Positions 39,100-48,886 are shown, counted from the first letter of the stretch. The stretch is DNA of 64,000 nucleotides from an uncultured Bifidobacteriaceae bacterium (GCA_964532525.1 CAZHIM010000012.1:15459-79458); one strand, 5' to 3'. Notes: generated by a model from the sequence alone, not told the origin. Numbers and translations: made by a program.

Positions 39100-40356
39100 T
39101 CACGGAAAGAGGCCGCGCTGTTTTTTGGCCTCAAAGACGCGGGTGATGCCCAGGCTCAGGGCGGCGACGCGCATGGGAATCTGCTGCTTGCGGCTCAGGT
39201 TCAGGATTTGCACCCAGGAGTTTTCGAGGATGCGGAAGAGCTTGTCCACGATCTCGGTTTCGCTCCAGAAAAAGCTCTGCAGGTCCTGGACCCACTCGAA
39301 GTAGCTCACCACCACGCCGCCGGCGTTGCAGAGGACGTCCGGAATCACAAAGATTTCCGGGCGCTGTTTGAGGATTTCATCCGCGTCGGGGGTGGTGGGG
39401 CCGTTGGCGGCCTCGGCCAGGATGCGGCATTGGATCTGGCCGGCATTGGCGGCGGTGATCTGGCATTCGAGCGCGGCGGGCACCAGGATGTCGCAGGGCT
39501 GCCGCAGGAGCTGCTCGTGGGGCATGGGCTCGGCGCCGGGAAAGCCGGCCAGGCCGCCGGTTTGGGCCACATGTTTTTCGAGGGCCTGGACATCGAGGCC
39601 CTTGGCGTTATACAGGGCGCCTTGCACATCGCTGACGGCGATCACCCGGGTGCCATAGCGGGCGAGCGAATAGGCGGTCACTGAGCCGACGTTGCCGAAG
39701 CCCTGCACGACGGCGGTGGATTTGGCGAGATCCAGGCCGATGGCATCGGCGGCGCGGTTGATGAGGTAGGCCACGCCGCGGCCGGTGGCTTCGCGGCGGC
39801 CCAGCGAGCCGCCCAAGCCCACGGGCTTGCCGGTGACAATGCCGGGCACGGAGCTGCCTTCGTGCACGGAATAGGTGTCCATCATCCAGGCCATGATCTG
39901 CTCGTTGGTGCCCAGGTCCGGCGCCATGACGTCCACCTGCGGGCCGATGAAGGGGATCATTTCCTGGGTGAAGCGGCGGGTGAGCCGCTCGAGTTCGGGG
40001 CGGGACAGGCGGGTGGGATCGCAGGTGATGCCGCCCTTGGCCCCGCCGTACGGCAGGCCGGTGAGGGCGCACTTCCAGCTCATCCACATGGCCAGGGCGG
40101 CGACCTCGCCGAGGGCGACATTGGGATGGTAGCGCAGGCCGCCCTTGGTGGGACCGAGGGTGAGGTGGTGCTGCACCCGGTAGCCGGCGAAGACCCGCAC
40201 CGATCCGTCGTCCAGCCGGATGGGCAGGGCCACGGTGACGGAGCGTTTGGGGTATTTCAGCCGTTCGCGATAGCTTTCGGGGATTTCCAGATGGTCGGCC
40301 ACGACGTCAAACTGGCGGCAAGCCATCGCAAACGTGGGATGCGCATAAATCTCCAT
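39100..40356 (-). CDS. gdhA: Glu/Leu/Phe/Val dehydrogenase (glutamate dehydrogenase)
   Basis: GPTKGGLRY, PYGGAKGG, VTGKPVGLGGSLGRREATGRG, QGFGNVG, EAANGP. Confidence 0.9.
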   Translation of the reverse strand: MEIYAHPTFAMACRQFDVVADHLEIPESYRERLKYPKRSVTVALPIRLDDGSVRVFAGYRVQHHLTLGPTKGGLRYHPNVALGEVAALAMWMSWKCALTGLPYGGAKGGITCDPTRLSRPELERLTRRFTQEMIPFIGPQVDVMAPDLGTNEQIMAWMMDTYSVHEGSSVPGIVTGKPVGLGGSLGRREATGRGVAYLINRAADAIGLDLAKSTAVVQGFGNVGSVTAYSLARYGTRVIAVSDVQGALYNAKGLDVQALEKHVAQTGGLAGFPGAEPMPHEQLLRQPCDILVPAALECQITAANAGQIQCRILAEAANGPTTPDADEILKQRPEIFVIPDVLCNAGGVVVSYFEWVQDLQSFFWSETEIVDKLFRILENSWVQILNLSRKQQIPMRVAALSLGITRVFEAKKQRGLFP

Positions 40357-40722
40357 GGAAAACAGTCAAGCCGATTCGGGGAAAGTGCAAGTGGGGAATG
40401 CGGGACGAATACGACGCGGCTGGCATGGGCGAATTTGCCTTCACGGACTCTAACCAACTTTGCCACTCACTCTGCTTCCATTCTCACTCTCAGTCTCAAC
40501 CGATATCACGTCCATACCAGCCAACCGTAACGTCGTCCGGTTTCGGCGCGTGTCAAGGGGCGGCCGTGACAAAATAGCGTTTTATATGTTAAGTATAATC
40601 AGAAATAATGTTGAGGCGGAAGCGCAAACCGGGCGGGCAGAGCCGGCCGCAGGCGGGCCGGGGGCGGGAAGGGGGCGCGCAGGCGGGAAGCCTGCGCGCC
40701 GGTAATAACGTCGCGGATTAAA

Positions 40723-41061
40723 TCAGGATTCCTGGAGCGCGGGCTCTTTGTGGCCCGCCACTTCGGCGTCGGCCGGCAGGTACAGGTAGCGGCGGCAATT
40801 GTCGCACAGGCAGACGTCCTGGGCATGCTTGACCTCCAGCACCACGGCCACGGGCACGCGCATATGGCAGCCGGAGCAGGTCTGGTTGCGGAGCACGGCA
40901 ACACCCTTTTTGCCCTGGTCGCCCAAGCGGTCGTAATGGGCGAGGATGGGGGCGGGGATTTTCGCGCGCAGTTCGGCGATGCGATCTTCGGTGTCGGGGT
41001 GAATCGTGGTTTCGAATTCGAGCGTTTGGAGCTCGAACAGATACTTCATAATTTCTTTCAT
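40723..41061 (-). CDS. Short C4-type zinc-ribbon protein (DUF164-like C-terminus)
   Basis: CSGCHM...CDNCRRYL; ILAHYDRL; long coiled coil absent. Confidence 0.8.
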   Translation of the reverse strand: MKEIMKYLFELQTLEFETTIHPDTEDRIAELRAKIPAPILAHYDRLGDQGKKGVAVLRNQTCSGCHMRVPVAVVLEVKHAQDVCLCDNCRRYLYLPADAEVAGHKEPALQES

Positions 41062-41263
41062 AAATGAACGGATAACTGTCTCAACGCCGTGGAAAATGGG
41101 GCGAAGCCGGGCTCCGCGGCGGCATTTTCCACCGGGCTGATTTCGACGGATAGGAGACTCAAACTTCTGGTGGCTGCCCACTGGCTCATGCCCCCGCCGA
41201 AATCAATCCGCAGGACACCGGCCCGGTTCCTCCGGGCGCCGGTGCCTGCGTTATTAGCGTCGG

Positions 41264-41437
41264 TCAATGCTGCTTGCGCATATTGCGGCGCGAAGACTTC
41301 GGGTTGGCCGAAGGATTCGCCTTGGGCGCAGCCGCCGGGGCGGCCGGGGCAGTGGCGGTGCCGGCACATTTCTGCCCACAGGCAGGCGCGGCAGCGGGCG
41401 TGGCAGTCGTGGTGGTGGAAGTGTTTGAATCGCTCAT
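41264..41437 (-). CDS. Unannotated 57-aa Ala/Thr/Pro-rich small protein with CxxxC and a basic tail
   Basis: Hand translation MSDSNTSTTTTATPAAAPACGQKCAGTATAPAAPAAAPKANPSANPKSSRRNMRKQH; below the 60-aa track cutoff; follows a sigma54 promoter. Confidence 0.6.
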   Translation of the reverse strand: MSDSNTSTTTTATPAAAPACGQKCAGTATAPAAPAAAPKANPSANPKSSRRNMRKQH

Positions 41438-41493
41438 AATATATTTATTTCAATGTTACTTTGGTTGTCTTAAAGCAACCACCTTAATCTATC

Positions 41494-41508
41494 GCAAGCC
41501 ACGTGCCA
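41494..41508 (-). promoter_or_regulatory. Sigma54 (-24/-12) promoter
   Basis: Minus strand TGGCACGTGGCTTGC matches TGGCACG-N4-TTGC. Confidence 0.85.
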
Positions 41509-41619
41509 TCCCGGCCGGCGCAGGGGCGAAAGGGCCGGAATGGCCGCATTTACGGGGCAAAAATCAGCAATTCCGACTCTCCGTGACATCCCGGTGAAAA
41601 GGGCCGATACCCCGCTTTT

Positions 41620-41634
41620 GTGCAAATTATGCAC
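41620..41634. promoter_or_regulatory. Candidate enhancer-binding-protein site
   Basis: Palindrome GTGCA-AATTA-TGCAC about 110-125 bp upstream of the -24 box, overlapping the activator's stop codon. Confidence 0.55.
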
Positions 41635-43054
41635 TTGGAGCCGTCTCCTGGTGCAGGGAGCCGGCAACCCCCTTTTGGGGGTCGGCCGCCCCCACTTCAA
41701 GCAGGCCGTACTGCTTGAGCTTGTATTGCAAAGCCCGCCGGCTGATGCCCAGCGCCTGGGCCGCCGCCGACCGGTTGCTCGTCACGTGCATCAACGTCTG
41801 CCGGATGAGCAGCTTCTCCACCTCCGCCAGCGGCGTGCCGGGACGGACGGTGAAGGTGACGAGGCTGCGGTCGAACTCCCGCAGGAAATCCGGCAGGGCC
41901 TGGACCTGCACCACCGTGGCGCGGCCGGTGATGACGAGGCGTTCCACGGCGTTGCGCAACTGGCGGACATTGCCCGGCCAGGGGTAGCGCTGGCAAAGCT
42001 GCATGGCCTCCGGCGAAAGCCGCTTGCGAACGCGCTTGTGCTTGGCGGCGAAGGTCTCGAAGAAGCTTTCGATCAGCAGCGGAATGTCGTCGGCGCGCTC
42101 GCGCAGCGGCGGCATGACGATGGGCACCACATTGAGGCGGTAGAACAGGTCCTCGCGGAATTTTCCGTCCGCCACCGCTTGCGGCAGGTTCCGGTTGGTG
42201 GCGGCGATGATCCGTACGTTCACGCGGATGAGGTCCGAGCCGCCGACCATGCGGAAGGCGCCGTCCTCCAGCACGCGCAGCAGATCGCCCTGCCCCTTGG
42301 GCGACAGGTCGCCGATTTCGTCCAGGAAGAGCGTCCCGCCGTCGGCCAGTTGGAAGCGGCCGGGCTTCTGGGTGGTGGCGCCGGTGAAGGCGCCCTTGAC
42401 GTGGCCGAACAATTCGGCCTCGAGCAACTGCTCGGCGAAAGCGGCGCAGTTGACGGAAATGAACGGTTTCTCGTGCCGCTGGCTGTGCGTATGGATGAGC
42501 CGCGCGGCGATTTCCTTGCCGGTGCCGCTCTCGCCTTCGATCAGCACGGTCACGTCGCTTTGCGCCACCTCTTCGATGAGCCGGGAAATGGCGCGCATGC
42601 CTTCGCTCTCGCCGATCAGCGGCGTCGGGGCGGAGCGTTTTTGCAGGCGCGACCGCAGCTCGTGGTTTTCCACCACCACGGCCTGGTGCTCCAGCGCCTT
42701 TTGCACCAGCACGCGCAGCCGTTTCAGGTCAATCGGCTTGGGCAGGTAATCGTAGGCGCCCAGGCGCATGGCCGCCACGGCGTTCTCCACCGTGCTGAAG
42801 GCCGTCATGAGGATGAACAGCGTGTCGCGGTTGCGCTCGCGGATTTGCGCGAGCAATTCCAGGCCGCCGGCGCCGGGCATTTTGACGTCGGAAATCACCA
42901 GGTTGTAGAGGTTCTGGTCCACCAGCCGCAGGGCGCCGGCGGTGGCGTTGGCGGCATCCACCACGTAGCCCTCGCGCTGCAGCCCCTCCTGCAGGCCGGC
43001 GCACAGGCCCGGCTCGTCGTCCACCACCAGGATGCGGATCTTGGAATTATCCAA
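41627..43054 (-). CDS. Sigma54-dependent response regulator, NtrC/AtoC family
   Basis: ILVVDDE, SDVKMP, GESGTGKE, ELFGHVKGAFTGA (GAFTGA), WPGNVRQL, C-terminal HTH; TTG start overlaps the kinase stop. Confidence 0.95.
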   Translation of the reverse strand: MDNSKIRILVVDDEPGLCAGLQEGLQREGYVVDAANATAGALRLVDQNLYNLVISDVKMPGAGGLELLAQIRERNRDTLFILMTAFSTVENAVAAMRLGAYDYLPKPIDLKRLRVLVQKALEHQAVVVENHELRSRLQKRSAPTPLIGESEGMRAISRLIEEVAQSDVTVLIEGESGTGKEIAARLIHTHSQRHEKPFISVNCAAFAEQLLEAELFGHVKGAFTGATTQKPGRFQLADGGTLFLDEIGDLSPKGQGDLLRVLEDGAFRMVGGSDLIRVNVRIIAATNRNLPQAVADGKFREDLFYRLNVVPIVMPPLRERADDIPLLIESFFETFAAKHKRVRKRLSPEAMQLCQRYPWPGNVRQLRNAVERLVITGRATVVQVQALPDFLREFDRSLVTFTVRPGTPLAEVEKLLIRQTLMHVTSNRSAAAQALGISRRALQYKLKQYGLLEVGAADPQKGVAGSLHQETAPSA

Positions 43055-43859
43055 CGCTGGTCCTTTCGGTTGAGTTTCGCTTGAGCGGGAGGGTGAGCAC
43101 GAACATGGCGCCGCCGCCCGGCGCGTTTTCCGCGTGCAGATCGCCGCCATGCGCCACGGTGATTTGCTGGGCAATCCACAGGCCCAGGCCGTTGCCTTCC
43201 GGCTTGGTCGTAAAATACGGATCAAAAATCTCGCCCAGCTCGTTCGGCGGTATCCCCGGCCCGGTGTCCTGCACCCGCAGCAACAAGTTGTCCCCGGACC
43301 GCGCCGCGCCCACGGTCACCCGGCCGCCGCCGCTGATGGCCTGGATGGCATTGATGATGACGTTCATGAGGGCCTGCGTGATCCGCACCGAGTCCACGGT
43401 GACCGGCGGCAGATCCGCGGCCACGTCGGTGACGATCTCGACCTGGCGGTTGGAGGCCTCGGGGCGGAGCAAATCGCAGACGTGGGTGACGATGGTGTTA
43501 ATGGAGACGGACTCGAGTTCGAGCGCCGAGGGTCCGCTGAGTTTGAGGAAGCGCTCGACGATGCTGTCCAAGCGCTGGAGTTCACCGCGAATGACGCCCA
43601 GGCGCGAGATGAGCGGGGGGCGCATCTGCGGGGCCATGGCGGCGAGGTCCTCTTCCAGCAGTTGAAATTGGACGTCCAGGGAGCTGAGCGGATTGCGGAT
43701 TTCGTGCGCGAGGCGCCGGAGGAGGCGGGCCAGCAAATCGCGGTTTTCGGGCGCCGGCGACTGGGCGGCACCCGGCCCCGTGGCGGGGGCTAAAATGTTG
43801 TCATTCACATCCCGGGAAACTTCTCCGGCGGGCGGCGGGCGGTCAAACGTTTTCTGCAT
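43047..43859 (-). CDS. Histidine kinase lacking a sensor domain (HisKA + HATPase_c)
   Basis: LAHEIRNPL, NVIINAIQA, DTGPG, YFTTK, GLGL; no TM segment. Confidence 0.9.
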   Translation of the reverse strand: MQKTFDRPPPAGEVSRDVNDNILAPATGPGAAQSPAPENRDLLARLLRRLAHEIRNPLSSLDVQFQLLEEDLAAMAPQMRPPLISRLGVIRGELQRLDSIVERFLKLSGPSALELESVSINTIVTHVCDLLRPEASNRQVEIVTDVAADLPPVTVDSVRITQALMNVIINAIQAISGGGRVTVGAARSGDNLLLRVQDTGPGIPPNELGEIFDPYFTTKPEGNGLGLWIAQQITVAHGGDLHAENAPGGGAMFVLTLPLKRNSTERTSVG

Positions 43860-43881
43860 GGGTTTCGGACGGCCCGGGCGG

Positions 43882-44361
43882 CTATTCCACGCGGAGAATG
43901 TGGGCCGGCTGGGGCACGCCGCCGAGGTTGAGTTGCGGGCGGTCGCCCTGCTGCTTGCCCAGGAGCTGCTCGCCCAGGGGCGATTGCGGGGTGATGACCA
44001 GGATTTCCTTCCGGTCATGGATCACCTCGGTGCCGCCGGCGCGCGGGCCGAGGAAGTACAGGGTTTTCTCGCCGCTGTGCTCCAGCTCCACCAGCGCCCC
44101 CAGGGCGATGGCCTCGCCGGCCGCCAGGGGGTGTCCGTCGAGCTTCTCGAATTCGCGGATGGCCGTCTCCAGCTCCGCCGCCTGGCGGGACTGGCCGTGG
44201 GCCAGGTAGGAGGCTTCGAGGCCGCGGGTGTCGTATTTATGCTCGGCCTTGTTCTGCTCGTGGGTGGCTTCCGCCCGGGCGAATTGGGCGGCGCGGAAAT
44301 ACAGTTCCAGCTCGTCGGCCAGCTTGGCGGTGATTTTTTTGATAATGGCGCGTTTGTTCAC
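43882..44361 (-). CDS. GreA/GreB-family short paralogue
   Basis: KAEHKYDTRGLEASYLA; ITPQSPLGEQLLGK matches the Gre C-terminal domain. Confidence 0.8.
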   Translation of the reverse strand: MNKRAIIKKITAKLADELELYFRAAQFARAEATHEQNKAEHKYDTRGLEASYLAHGQSRQAAELETAIREFEKLDGHPLAAGEAIALGALVELEHSGEKTLYFLGPRAGGTEVIHDRKEILVITPQSPLGEQLLGKQQGDRPQLNLGGVPQPAHILRVE

Positions 44362-44502
44362 AATGCCGGGACCGTACCGGATTCGGGCAGGTTACCCCAA
44401 CGGCCGGGGCCCCGCAATCGGCGGTTCGCCCGGCACCGGGGCCGCCGGCCGCGCAAATGTCGCTTGGCAGGCGGGGCCGATTCTGTTTTATTGGCCCCGC
44501 CG

Positions 44503-46776
44503 ATGACAAAATTCCCCGCCATTATCCTCGCGCTGATCGTGTGCGTCGCGACTTTTTTGCCCAAGGCGTCCGCCCAGCAGGAGGAAATCAAGCCCGATGA
44601 GGACATCGTCGTCAAGGCGCTGAGCGACATTCTGCCCGGCTCGGTGGAGGGGCGGGTGATGTACGACTTCGCCAGCGGCACCTTCGCCGCCACCAACGGA
44701 ATCTACGTGAATTACAATCACGGGGCGGTGGTGCTGACCGCCGACGCCGCCTCCCTGGACACCAAGTCCGGCGACGTGGAGGCCGACGGCCATGTGCGCA
44801 TCGAGAGCAGCGACATGCTCTGGATGGGCGAGCACATCCATTACAATTTCCGCACGCACATGATCCGGAGCGAACAATTCCGCACCGGGCGCCTGCCGGT
44901 GTTCGTGGAGGGCCAGAATTTCTCCGGCTCCCTGGCGGCCGGAAAGACGGCCACCAACGTCATTACCGCCAAGCACGCGTACCTCACCTCGGACGATTAC
45001 TCCAATCCGGCCTACCAGATTCGGGCCACCACCATCCGGATCATCCCGGGCAAGAAAATCCAGATGTGGAACGCGGTGGCCTACGTGGAAGGCGTGCCGG
45101 TGTTTTATTTCCCCTATTACGAGCGCAACATCGGTCCGCGCGCCAACAATTTCACCACCACCCCCGGCTACCGGAGCATCTACGGCGCCTACATGCTGAA
45201 CACCTACACGTGGTATCTCGGCGACGTGGCGGACGGAAAAATCCACGCCGACTACCGCGAGCGGCGCGGGCCGGGCTTCGGACCGGACGTGGACCTGCAC
45301 CTGGGCCGCTGGGGCGACCCGGACATCCGGTATTATTACCAGCACGACAACCGGGCCAATTACAGCACCAACGCCTTCCCCGCCTTCGGCAACATCCCGG
45401 AAAACCGCCAGCGCTTCTATATGGGCTGGCAGGCCACGCCCGCCACCAACCTGAACGTCAAGGCGCTGGTCAACTACCAGAGCGACCCGCTCTTCCTGCA
45501 CGATTTCTTCCCCAGCGAGTACACGGCCAACCCGCAGCCGAACACCTTCGTGGAAGCAAACAAATACTGGGACAACTGGAGCCTGGATTCCCTGACCACG
45601 CCGCGGGTGAACAGCTTCTACAGCCAGATTGAGCGCGAGCCGGACGTGCAGCTCACCGGCTACCGCCAGCAGATTTTCGACACGCCCCTCTATTACGACA
45701 GCCAGAACTCCATGGGCTGGTACCGCGCGTGGGACGCCAACGCCACCAACGGGCTCTATCCGGCCACCAACGGCTATTACGTGGCCTCCGCCGCCCGGGC
45801 CGACACCTATCATCAGGTCACCGCGCCGTTCACCCTCTTCAACTGGCTCAACCTCAGCCCGCGCGTCGGCGGCCGCCTGACTTATTACAGCAGCCAGAAT
45901 TTCACCAACGGCCAGCCCAACGGCGACGTTTATCGCGAGGTCTTCAACACCGGCATGGAGATGTCCTTCAAGGCCTCGCAGCTCTGGCCCGACGTGACCA
46001 ACTCCCTGCTGGAGGTGGACGGCCTGCGGCACATCATCGAGCCGTCGGCCAATTACGTCTTCGTGCCCGATCCCAGCGTGCCGCCGTCCCAACTGCCGCC
46101 CATTGACGCCGCCGCGCCGTCGCTCATGCTCCTGCCCGTGGACTTTCCGGACTACAACAGCATTGACTCGATTGACAGCATGAACGTCGTCCGGCTCGGC
46201 CTGCTGAACCTCCTGCAGACCAAGCGCGATGGCCAGCTCGAAGACCTGGTGAACTGGAACCTGATGATGGACTGGCGGCTGGACCCGCGGGCCAGCCAGA
46301 CCACCCTGAACGATTTGTATTCCGCCCTCTCCTTCCGCCCGCGCACCTGGCTCACGCTCGAGTCGCAGGTGCGGTACAACCCGGACACCGGCGATCTGAA
46401 CATGGCGTTTCACCAGGTGACCTTCACCCCGAACGACCGCTGGAGCTGGGGCATCAGCCACTGGTACCTGCGCGAAGGATTCGTGAGCCCGGACGAAAAC
46501 AATTTCATCGGCAACACCGTTTTTTACCGGGTGAACGACAACTGGGGGCTGCGCACCGACCACATCTTCAACGCGGACGACGGCCGCCTGCAGCAACAGG
46601 CCTACACCATCATGCGCGACCTGCGGAGCTGGACGGCTTCCCTGACCTTCCGGGTGGAAAACAACGAGCGGAGTTCGGCGGATTTCACCGTGGCGGTGGC
46701 GTTCTCGCTCAAGGCGGTTCCATCCCAAAAGCTGGGCGAAGATGCCCTGACGTCATATCACCTGGTGGGCGAATAA
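44503..46776 (+). CDS. lptD: LPS-assembly outer membrane protein LptD
   Basis: Signal peptide; OstA-like N-terminus, WNAVAYVEGVPVFYFPY, RHIIEPSANY, aromatic-rich barrel. Confidence 0.85.
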   Translation: MTKFPAIILALIVCVATFLPKASAQQEEIKPDEDIVVKALSDILPGSVEGRVMYDFASGTFAATNGIYVNYNHGAVVLTADAASLDTKSGDVEADGHVRIESSDMLWMGEHIHYNFRTHMIRSEQFRTGRLPVFVEGQNFSGSLAAGKTATNVITAKHAYLTSDDYSNPAYQIRATTIRIIPGKKIQMWNAVAYVEGVPVFYFPYYERNIGPRANNFTTTPGYRSIYGAYMLNTYTWYLGDVADGKIHADYRERRGPGFGPDVDLHLGRWGDPDIRYYYQHDNRANYSTNAFPAFGNIPENRQRFYMGWQATPATNLNVKALVNYQSDPLFLHDFFPSEYTANPQPNTFVEANKYWDNWSLDSLTTPRVNSFYSQIEREPDVQLTGYRQQIFDTPLYYDSQNSMGWYRAWDANATNGLYPATNGYYVASAARADTYHQVTAPFTLFNWLNLSPRVGGRLTYYSSQNFTNGQPNGDVYREVFNTGMEMSFKASQLWPDVTNSLLEVDGLRHIIEPSANYVFVPDPSVPPSQLPPIDAAAPSLMLLPVDFPDYNSIDSIDSMNVVRLGLLNLLQTKRDGQLEDLVNWNLMMDWRLDPRASQTTLNDLYSALSFRPRTWLTLESQVRYNPDTGDLNMAFHQVTFTPNDRWSWGISHWYLREGFVSPDENNFIGNTVFYRVNDNWGLRTDHIFNADDGRLQQQAYTIMRDLRSWTASLTFRVENNERSSADFTVAVAFSLKAVPSQKLGEDALTSYHLVGE

Positions 46777-46782
46777 CGCCGG

Positions 46783-47520
46783 TCACTTCAGCGGCAGCGT
46801 GATGCAAAACGTGGAGCCGCGGCCCACCTCGCTCCGCACCTCGATCACACCGTGATGCTCCTCCACCACGCGCCGCGTGATGGCCAGGCCCAGGCCGGTG
46901 CCGTGCTTCTTGGTGGTGAAAAAGGTGTCGAATATGTGGCCGAAATTCTCCGGGGCAATGCCCGCGCCGGTGTCGCAAATGGACACCTTCAGGTTGCCGT
47001 CGGCGCCTTCCGTCCGCACCGTCAGTTCGCCGCCCTGGCTCATGGCCTCCACGGCGTTGAGCAGGAGGTTCAGCAGCGCCTGTTGCAGCCGCGACTCGTC
47101 GCCCACCACCACGGGCGTCGCCGCCCGGTAGTCGCGCCGCACGGTGACGGACCGCTCGTGAATCTGGTGTTCCATGAGCCGCAGCGTCAGTTCCAGCAGT
47201 TCGTGCAGGTTCACGGACGCCTGCGTGGCCGACCGCGACGCCGCCAGCCGCAGCATCTGCGTGGCCAGCCCGTCTATGCGCTTCAATTCCCGCCGCACCA
47301 GCTCCGCCATCTCGCGGTCGGCGTTCTTTTCCAGGAGCACCTCGCAAAAGGTGTTGATGGCCACCAGGCCGTTCTTGATTTCGTGGGCGATGCCGGCGGA
47401 GAAGACGCCCAGATTGGCCAGCCGGTCAAGCTGCTGGAGATTCTGCTGCACGTCCGGCCCCGCGTGGGAAGCACCCCCCGCCGCGCCGCGGTCAATTTTT
47501 TGCGGACTACTGGAAGACAT
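46783..47520 (-). CDS. Second sensorless histidine kinase (HisKA + HATPase_c)
   Basis: LANLGVFSAGIAHEIKNGL, NLLLNAVEA, DTGAG, FFTTK, GLGL. Confidence 0.9.
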   Translation of the reverse strand: MSSSSPQKIDRGAAGGASHAGPDVQQNLQQLDRLANLGVFSAGIAHEIKNGLVAINTFCEVLLEKNADREMAELVRRELKRIDGLATQMLRLAASRSATQASVNLHELLELTLRLMEHQIHERSVTVRRDYRAATPVVVGDESRLQQALLNLLLNAVEAMSQGGELTVRTEGADGNLKVSICDTGAGIAPENFGHIFDTFFTTKKHGTGLGLAITRRVVEEHHGVIEVRSEVGRGSTFCITLPLK

Positions 47521-47646
47521 CGTGTATGCGCTTTTACGGCCGCCTCTCGTCAGGTTTCACTAAAACGGCAGGCGCCATGTTATTCAGATTTTGTCGCATC
47601 TCAATCAAAAAACGCGCAGTCGGCGCGCCCGCGGCGCACGAAGGGG

Positions 47647-47675
47647 GTGACATTCCCCGCCCCCGTGGTTAAACT
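47647..47675 (+). promoter_or_regulatory. Sigma70-like promoter of ribBA, with a very short or no leader
   Basis: GTGACA-17 bp-TAAACT; ATG only 12 nt after the -10 box. Confidence 0.6.
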
Positions 47676-47686
47676 GTCTGTTGCTG

Positions 47687-48886
47687 ATGAAACAACATTT
47701 CGACTCCATCGAATCCGTCGTTGCCGACGTGCACAAAGGTAAAATGGTCATCGTGGTGGATGACCCCGGCCGCGAAAACGAGGGCGACCTCCTCATGGCC
47801 GCGCAGTATGTCACCCCCGACGCCGTGAATTTCATGGCCCGCTATGGCCGCGGGCTCATCTGCGTGCCCACCACCAGCGAGCGCCTGCAGCAGCTCGGCA
47901 TTGAGGGGATGGTCAAGCAAAACCGCGAGGTTTTCCGCACGGATTTCCAGGTGAGCGTGGACGCCGCCCACGGCGTCACCAGCGGCATCAGCGCCGCCGA
48001 CCGCGCCCACACCATCAAGGTGATGGCCTCGCCCACCGCCACCCCGGGCGACCTGGTGCAGCCCGGCCACATGTTCCCCCTGCGCGCCAAGTCCGGCGGT
48101 GTGCTCCAGCGCGCCGGCCACACGGAAGCCACCGTGGATCTCGTCACCCTCGCCGGCGCCCGCCCCATCGGCGTCATCTGCGAAATCATGAACGACGACG
48201 GCACCATGGCCCGCCTGCCCGCCCTGCTGAAATTCGCCCGGAAGCACCACTTGAGAATTTGTACCATTGCCGATCTCATCGCCTTCCGCCGCGCGCGCGA
48301 AAAACTGATCGAGCATATTGAAACCGTCAAGTTGCCCACCGATTACGGCGACTTCAATCTGCACTTGTATCATTCCAAGGTGGACGACAAATATCACGTG
48401 GCCCTCGTGCGCGGGGACGTGGCCGGCAAGCGGGACGTGCTGGTGCGCGTCCACAGCGAATGCCTCACCGGCGATGTCTTTGGCTCCCGCCGCTGCGATT
48501 GCGGCGCGCAATTGCACCAAGCCATGCAGCAGGTGGCCAAGGCCGGCCGCGGGGTCATTCTGTATATGCGCCAGGAGGGCCGGGGCATCGGCCTCATGCC
48601 CAAGATCAAGGCCTACAAATTGCAGGAACAGGGCCTGGACACCGTGGAGGCCAACCTCAAGCTCGGCTACGGCATGGACCTGCGCGAATACGGACTCGGC
48701 GCGCAAATCCTCGTGGACCTGGGCCTGAAGACCATCCGGTTGCTCACGAACAATCCCAAAAAAGTCGTCGGCCTCAAGGGCTACGGGCTGGAAATCAGCG
48801 AGCAGGTGCCCATCCGCATCAAGCCCAATCCCTACAACGCAAAATATCTGAAGACCAAGCGGGAAAAGCTGGGACATTTGCTGTAG
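47687..48886 (+). CDS. ribBA: Bifunctional DHBP synthase / GTP cyclohydrolase II
   Basis: DDPGRENEGD, RAGHTEA, VRVHSECLTGDVFGSRRCDCG, RQEGRGIG, LLTNNPKK. Confidence 0.97.
   Translation: MKQHFDSIESVVADVHKGKMVIVVDDPGRENEGDLLMAAQYVTPDAVNFMARYGRGLICVPTTSERLQQLGIEGMVKQNREVFRTDFQVSVDAAHGVTSGISAADRAHTIKVMASPTATPGDLVQPGHMFPLRAKSGGVLQRAGHTEATVDLVTLAGARPIGVICEIMNDDGTMARLPALLKFARKHHLRICTIADLIAFRRAREKLIEHIETVKLPTDYGDFNLHLYHSKVDDKYHVALVRGDVAGKRDVLVRVHSECLTGDVFGSRRCDCGAQLHQAMQQVAKAGRGVILYMRQEGRGIGLMPKIKAYKLQEQGLDTVEANLKLGYGMDLREYGLGAQILVDLGLKTIRLLTNNPKKVVGLKGYGLEISEQVPIRIKPNPYNAKYLKTKREKLGHLL

Noticed and set aside
47641-47672. FMN riboswitch start (GGGGTGACATTCCCC)
   Set aside because: Too short and the CDS follows immediately; better explained as a -35/-10 promoter.
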